Shown in pieces: positions 57,555-64,000 of a stretch of 64,000 nt of DNA. The DNA is taken from positions 49,735 to 113,734 of the forward strand of contig CAVVXI010000001.1 of the NCBI GenBank assembly GCA_963752195.1, written 5' to 3'. Position numbers and translations under genes: made by a program. Position 1 is the stretch's first letter; each line of letters begins with the position of its first letter. The DNA comes from an uncultured Bacteroidales bacterium. GTDB lineage: Bacteria > Bacteroidota > Bacteroidia > Bacteroidales > UBA10428. The notes beneath the pieces were generated by a model. It worked only from the letters and a program-made list of their open reading frames with translations. It did not search any database and was not told the origin of the DNA.

Positions 57555-58631
57555 ATGAAAAAAGAAAAATTAGAAATACTTACCACTGAAATAAGCAAAC
57601 CCTGTGTAACAATTACAATGAACACACACAGGACACATCCTGACAATTCTCAGGATATCATAAGGCTGAAAAATTTATGCAAGGAAGCTGAAACAAGGCT
57701 TAAGGCTGAGTTTGAAAAGAAAACTATCGCTCCTTTAATTGAAAAATTAGAACAAATACCGTTTGAAATAGACGTTAACCATAACCTGGAAAGTCTTCAA
57801 ATTTACCTTTCAAACAAAACGAAAGAAATTATTAAATCGATATGGAAGGTAAAAGAGAATAAAGTATATATTTCTGACACTTTCGCTATTCATTCGTTAA
57901 TAAAAGAATATAATAGAAGCGAAGATTATTTAATTCTGCTTCTGTCCCAGAGTGGTGTTATGTTATTTGAAGCATTAAATGATTTTATTGTTGCGGAATT
58001 TCAAAATGACGATTTTCCAATTGCAGAAAATCCACATTTCCATACAGAACCACTGAAAATAAGTGATCCAAAAGCGCATGATAATATGATCCGCGAATTT
58101 CTGAATAAAGTGGACAAAGCAGTGGTAAATATCAATAATCAGACCAGGCTAAATTGTGTGGTTATTTGTACCGAGGATAATTACAGCCGACTAATGCAAA
58201 TTGCCGATAAACCCAATATATACCTGGGATATAGCAATATCGATTATAATCATATAGCCAATCATCAAATTTCCGCCCAGGCCTGGGAAATCATAAAGGA
58301 AAAGCAAAAACAACACCATATAGCGGTCATTAATGAAATGAAAGAAGCAATTGGGCAAAGCAAAGTAATTACTGACTTGCCTGGTATTTATAGAGCGGTA
58401 AAAGAAGGCAAGGGAGATTTATTAATTGTCCATAATAGTTTTAGCCAGGCTGTAAAAATGAACAATGAGTTTTCATTCGATTTAGTGGAAGACGTTACAC
58501 AACCTAACGTTATAGACGATATTACCAGCCAAATCGCCTGGGAAGTAATTTCAAAAAAAGGACGAGTTATATATACAGACCAGGACGAAATGAATACGTT
58601 GGGAGACATTGCCTTGAAAGTCAGGTATTAA
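57555..58631 (+). CDS. Hypothetical protein, possibly a bacterial eRF1/Pelota-like (baeRF-type) protein
   Basis: 358-aa intact ORF. The N-terminal pattern KPCVTITMNTHRTHPDNSQDIIRLKNLCKEAETRL and the C-terminal IYRAVKEGKGDLLIVHNSF resemble, from memory, baeRF family proteins. This was not verified by any search. Confidence 0.35.
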   Translation: MKKEKLEILTTEISKPCVTITMNTHRTHPDNSQDIIRLKNLCKEAETRLKAEFEKKTIAPLIEKLEQIPFEIDVNHNLESLQIYLSNKTKEIIKSIWKVKENKVYISDTFAIHSLIKEYNRSEDYLILLLSQSGVMLFEALNDFIVAEFQNDDFPIAENPHFHTEPLKISDPKAHDNMIREFLNKVDKAVVNINNQTRLNCVVICTEDNYSRLMQIADKPNIYLGYSNIDYNHIANHQISAQAWEIIKEKQKQHHIAVINEMKEAIGQSKVITDLPGIYRAVKEGKGDLLIVHNSFSQAVKMNNEFSFDLVEDVTQPNVIDDITSQIAWEVISKKGRVIYTDQDEMNTLGDIALKVRY

Positions 58632-58735
58632 CGGGTAAACAAATAAACAGCCGCACCTGGAACCAAAGCACCAAACCAGGAAAGTCCTTGTAGGACTATG
58701 TATATTAGGAGTTAAAATAAATTAGCCAAAACGAA

Positions 58736-59128
58736 ATGAAACCAAATCCGAAAAAAAAAGTTTTGATAGCTCTGGATTATGATCCTACCTCACAAAAGGT
58801 GGCGGAGGAAGGATTTTCATTAGCAAGAACCATGAGCGCTGAAGTGATATTGCTTCATGTAATTGCAGATTCAACCTATTATTCTGCCCTTGAATATTCA
58901 CCCATAGTTGGTTTTTTGGGTTTCAGTAATATTGATTGGTCGCATATAAGTGATGTGGACGGTCTTAAAAATGCAACAATTCATTTTCTCAATAAAGTAA
59001 AAATCCACCTTGGTGATGAAACCATTCAAACTATTGTAAAAGAAGGCGATTTTGCAAAGGCTATTTTAGAGACGGCGAAAGACTTGCATGCACGTTTGGA
59101 ATTGTCTTTACTTGGATTAAAGCTTTAG
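58736..59128 (+). CDS. Universal stress protein (UspA family), apparently C-terminally truncated
   Basis: KKVLIALDYDPTSQKVAEEGFSLARTMSAEVILLHVI and ...EGDFAKAILETAKDLHA match Usp. However, the ORF ends ...RLELSLLGLKL where the G-x2-G-x9-G(S/T) ATP-binding segment (DLIVMGSHGR...) is expected. Confidence 0.65.
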   Translation: MKPNPKKKVLIALDYDPTSQKVAEEGFSLARTMSAEVILLHVIADSTYYSALEYSPIVGFLGFSNIDWSHISDVDGLKNATIHFLNKVKIHLGDETIQTIVKEGDFAKAILETAKDLHARLELSLLGLKL

Positions 59129-59150
59129 AAGTTTGAAAAGCTCATAATAT

Positions 59151-60050
59151 ATGTTAAAGAAAATTATACTAACACTTTTATTTTTGTTCATAGCCATAAT
59201 TGCCTCGTTTTTTATCTGGCGATATATGAACTATATGCATGATAAGGATCCAAATAAAACATTTTTATTACCACGACTGGAACTGTCGGAGTTGAACATA
59301 ACCTCACTTACCTCTCAGAAATCAGAAATGATGGTAAGTGTGGATATCAAAAATCAACTTCCATTGTCCTTCACTATAGATAGTTTGCTATACAGGATTT
59401 TTATCGATTCTACCCAGATATTGAAAGATCATTACAAAAAAACAATTTCATTGAAAAGAAATGCCGTCAGTCGGATAGCACTTCCAATCACAATTTTTAA
59501 TGATTCGATTTCTTCAGTCATGAAAGAAAATGAGCGACAAAATTTGGATTCTGTTGAATTTCATTTTCAGGGATCTTTCTTTACACATATATTTTTTAAT
59601 AAACAATTCAAAGTTGATATTAAAAGATTTATTCCGAGGATCTATATTCCGGAAGTAAAAGCAGAGCATTTCGAAATAGATTCACTGAATTTCTCAAGAG
59701 CAATTGTTCAGTTGCTCGTTTCAATAAATAATCAAAATGCATATTCGTTAAAAGCTGACAGCATAGCTTATGAGGTTGCCATTGAAGATAATCAATGGAT
59801 TAAGGGAATAATTCCCGGTAAAATTGATATTAAAGCAAAAAGTATTGCCGACCTGACAATCCCGATAACAATTTCGATTAAAGAAGTGAGTAAAACACTT
59901 TGGGATTTGCTTACAAAAGGTAACAAAGTGCGTTACAAGCTCCATCTCACTTTTAAAATTGAATCAGATAATAAAATGATAACGAACAGCAAAGTAATTC
60001 TTGAAAGTGAAGGCTCGGTAAAATCAATAATGAAGGCTTTAAAAGAATAA
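59151..60050 (+). CDS. Membrane-anchored LEA_2 / WHy-like repeat protein (tentative)
   Basis: It has an N-terminal TM (ILTLLFLFIAIIASFFIW). Two similar beta-rich modules follow (LNITSLTSQKSEMMVSVDIKNQLPLSFTIDSLLYRIFID and FEIDSLNFSRAIVQLLVSINNQNAYSLKADSIAYEVAIED), as in LEA type 2 proteins. Confidence 0.45.
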   Translation: MLKKIILTLLFLFIAIIASFFIWRYMNYMHDKDPNKTFLLPRLELSELNITSLTSQKSEMMVSVDIKNQLPLSFTIDSLLYRIFIDSTQILKDHYKKTISLKRNAVSRIALPITIFNDSISSVMKENERQNLDSVEFHFQGSFFTHIFFNKQFKVDIKRFIPRIYIPEVKAEHFEIDSLNFSRAIVQLLVSINNQNAYSLKADSIAYEVAIEDNQWIKGIIPGKIDIKAKSIADLTIPITISIKEVSKTLWDLLTKGNKVRYKLHLTFKIESDNKMITNSKVILESEGSVKSIMKALKE

Positions 60051-60072
60051 AGCCTGCTGTGAAGGTGAATCA

Positions 60073-60420
60073 ATGAAAAATAAGTTATCCATAAAAAAAG
60101 CTCACCTAAGCGTTCTGGCTGTTAAAAGTGGTTCGTCGAGCATCAAATTCGCTATGTATCGAATGGATGGACGGTTAAAACGAATTCTACATGGAAAGAT
60201 TGATCGGATTGGAATGAAAGGGACTGGCCTGGATTTCAATGACCTGACAAAGAATAAAAAGGGCAATATAAGGATTAAGGTCTCAGATTATAAATCAGTG
60301 GCTAATTTTCTGCTGGATTGGCTTGAAAAGCAGGTTTATTTTTCATTGATCAGTGGTACAGGCCATCGTGTAATTTTCGGAATGAAACATACAGATCCTG
60401 AACTAATTACTGAAATATAA
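60073..60420 (+). pseudogene. ackA: Acetate kinase N-terminal fragment (~115 of ~400 aa)
   Basis: VLAVKSGSSSIKFAMY (compare the LNxGSSSxKF phosphate-1 motif) and GHRVIFG (compare GHRVVHGG). The ORF stops at 60420, immediately before the GC-rich segment. Confidence 0.75.
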
Positions 60421-60433
60421 ATGGAGATAACCA

Positions 60434-61745
60434 GTGAATAAGCTAAAACAACTCTGGAGCAATCTGCGGTCAAGCTTTTGGTTTGTGCCTTCGCTGATTC
60501 TTGCATTCAGCATCGCCCTCGCGATGGCATTGGTTCAAATGCATTTCGCCGCGAACTCGCAATGGCTGGCTCGCTGGCCGCGTCTGTTTGGTGCCAGTGC
60601 GGAAGGCTCGCGCCAGATGTTGTCCACGATTGCCGGCTCGATGATGACCGTTGTGGGGGTCACATTTTCGATGACCCTGGTGGCTCTGGCGCTGGCATCG
60701 AGCCAATACACCTCGCGTATCCTGAGAAACTTCATGGGTGACCGCGTTACTCAGGTCGTACTGGGAGTCTTCAGCGGCGTTTTCGCCTATTGCCTGATCG
60801 TATTGCGCACCATTCGCAGCGGCGATGAGGGTGGATTTGTTCCAAGCCTGGCCGTTTTTTTCGCCATGGTACTGGCGATGATGTGGCATTGGTCGTTCTC
60901 ATTTTCTTCATTCATCACATAGCTGCTTCCATTCAGGCTTCGACCATTATTGCCGATGTGGCCGATGAAACTATAACGGCCATCGACCGCTCTTTCCGGA
61001 GAAAATTGGACATGAGCCAGATAGATAGTCAGGAGAATCAGACAGGCGTTCCCCTGACGGAGCGAAACTGGCAGGCCGTTCCCGCAAGGAGGAATGGTTA
61101 CATCCAAAGCGTGGATAATGCAGCGCTTTTGAGTTTAGCGCGGAAGCACAAGACCGTCGTGCGGATGGAAATCGGCATCGGCCATTTTGTGGTACAAAAC
61201 GAAACACTTGCCTCACTCACTCTGGAGGGCCCGCTCGAAAAAGATATCATCGCAGCCCTGCAGGCGGCCTACAGTATAGATCGGCACCGCACTGTATATC
61301 AGGACTGTGCATTCGGCATCAGGCAGATCGTGGATATGGCATTGCGCGCGCTCTCACCCGGTATCAACGACACCACAACAGCTGTGATGTGCCTGAATTA
61401 TCTAACGGCGATACTGGCACGGTTGGCCAGTCGGGGAATCCCTTCACCGTACCGCTATGAGGACGGAGAACTGAGGATGATAGCCATCGGACCGACCTTT
61501 GAGAGCCTGGTGGCCGAATCGTTTAATCAAATTCGGGGAAGCGCTAACGGTAATGTTGCCATCATGATACAGATGCTTGACTCAATTCAAACCATAGCAG
61601 TATGACGGCAAGCCCTGTCCGGCGGCAGGTGCTCCGTGAACAAGCGCAATGGATCGCCGAATTGGCCGAACGCACCATTGAGTCCCCGCACGACAAAACA
61701 CGGTTTGATAACCGCCTGGCACATGTGCGTAAAGAACTAGATTGA
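60434..61745 (+). pseudogene. DUF2254-family membrane protein split over three frames
   Basis: Three consecutive ORF pieces, 60434-60922, 60883-61605 and 61602-61745 (MTASPVRRQVLREQAQWIAELAER...), read as one protein. It has an N-terminal 4-TM region and a C-terminal soluble domain. The shifts are near 60880 and 61600. Confidence 0.7.
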
Positions 61746-61774
61746 TTTTCGTTATAATTTGGCAGGTACAAAAG

Positions 61775-62798
61775 ATGAATTTAAAAGAGATTATAAAAAC
61801 TGCAAAATCATTGGTAGCCAATGACAAAGGTCTGTTGGCGATGGATGAAAGTAATCCAACCTGCAATAAAAGATTTGCAGCGGCAGGGATTCCTCAAACA
61901 GAGGAATTCCGGCGTTCCTATCGGGAAATGATTATAACAACACCTGGTCTGGGTGAATGTATTAGTGGTCTTATCCTCTACGACGAAACGATCAGGCAGA
62001 AGAAAAAAGACGGGACTTTATTCATTAAAGCTATCTCCGATTTGGGAATCATCCCCGGGATCAAAGTTGATGCCGGCGCAAAAGATCTGGCCGGTCACCC
62101 TGGAGAGAAAATTACCGAGGGTCTGGATGGATTGCGAGACCGACTTCGGGAATATTTTCAAATGGCGCCCGTTTTGCCAAGTGGAGGGCAGTGATTGCCA
62201 TAGATAAAGGAATTCCCAGCCGTGGTTGTATAGAGGCAAATGCACATGCACTGGCCCGTTATGCTGCCTTATGCCAGGAAGCAGGGATGGTCCCTATTGT
62301 TGAACCTGAAGTGCTTATGACAGGACAACATACTCTTGAACAGTGCTTTGAAGTAACAGAGGAAGTTTTGCAAACTGTTTTCAGACAGCTTTACCTCCAG
62401 CGTGTTATACTGGAAGGTATGATCCTGAAACCCAATATGGTGCTTCCCGGATTGGCCTGCCCTGAGCAGGAATCTGTTAACGATGTAGCCGATGCAACGG
62501 TAAAATGTCTTTTGCGAGCCGTCCCCGCTGCAGTTCCCGGAATTGCCTTTCTGTCAGGAGGACAATCCGGTGAACTGGCTTCAGCACGTCTGAGTGCGAT
62601 GAATGTCAGATTTAAGTCGCGATTACCCTGGGCGCTTGCGTTTTCGTTTGCCCGCGCGATACAGCAACCGGCTCTGGAGATCTGGCACGGTGAGGAGTCC
62701 AATGTGTCAGCGGCACAACAGGCACTTTATCATCGGGCAAATTGTAACCGGGCTGCACGCCGCGGTGAATATAATGATAAAATGGAAAGGACAGAAAG

Positions 62799-62802
<4 letters not shown>
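61775..62802 (+). pseudogene. fba: Class I fructose-bisphosphate aldolase with one frameshift
   Basis: GLLAMDESNPTCNKRF, IPGIKVDAG and EGLDGLRDRL are in the first frame. The expected GARFAKWRAVI appears only after a +1 shift at atggcgcccgttttgccaagtgg (~62165). The second frame continues IAIDKGIPS...VEPEVLM...ILKPNMV...FLSGGQS. Confidence 0.85.

Positions 62803-64000
<1,198 letters not shown>

Noticed and set aside
60470-61866. Minus-strand ORFs in the GC-rich segment (60470-60889, 60535-60735, 60787-61107, 60971-61216, 61562-61866)
   Set aside because: This is the same GC-rich antisense effect. The plus-strand DUF2254 reading, although frameshifted, gives a coherent membrane-protein sequence.

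Overview
The window looks like Bacteroidota chromosomal DNA. Support: a SusC/SusD polysaccharide-utilisation locus, many lipoprotein or signal-peptide ORFs, and TAnnTTTG-like promoter motifs.

Layout:
- **0-9 kb:** envelope genes. A HEAT-repeat protein fragment, two DUF4097-like beta-helix proteins, an FtsX/MacB-type permease, a DUF1080 lipoprotein, a GNAT-like gene, and a beta-barrel plus lipoprotein pair. Three unusual intergenic repeat arrays are interspersed.
- **10-26.4 kb:** tRNA-Met at 10070-10143, followed by a ~16 kb AT-rich accessory island. The island is closed by a ~114 bp imperfect direct repeat of the tRNA 3' end and its downstream region. It holds a decayed ISL3 element, a thermonuclease cassette, Fic, an alpha/beta hydrolase, a HipB/HipS/HipT-like three-gene toxin-antitoxin module with a triple operator, a SWIM+SNF2 helicase, gene fragments and a GC-rich GH5 cellulase. 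I recognised no recombinase.
- **27.4-29 kb:** a small acetyltransferase/cupin/aldo-keto-reductase cluster, partly decayed.
- **29.1-33.3 kb:** an operon of one outer-membrane beta-barrel protein and two Kelch-like beta-propeller lipoproteins.
- **34-35 kb:** a frameshifted IS1595 transposase.
- **35.8-49.7 kb:** a PUL with ECF sigma, FecR anti-sigma, SusC (with STN domain), SusD, GH27, GH31 and GH116-like genes.
- **49.9-55.3 kb:** AraC and SDR genes, then a relic-rich patch with SRPBCC and VOC genes.
- **55.3-60.4 kb:** a very AT-rich stress-type cluster (YihY, SPFH, eRF1-like hypothetical, truncated Usp, LEA_2-like, truncated ackA).
- **60.4-64 kb:** an abrupt switch to GC-rich DNA in which DUF2254, class I aldolase and pgi all carry frameshifts.

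I found no CRISPR array, rRNA or intact integrase, and no complete, clearly novel multi-gene system. The best leads are the modular tRNA-linked island with tRNA-like junction motifs, the HipBST-like module, the 57-bp tandem hairpin array, the octanucleotide microsatellite, the dispersed palindromic and MITE-like repeats, the beta-barrel/Kelch operon, and the decaying GC-rich glycolytic segment.

All identities and GC values are by-eye alignments or spot counts of single 60-nt lines, not computed statistics.
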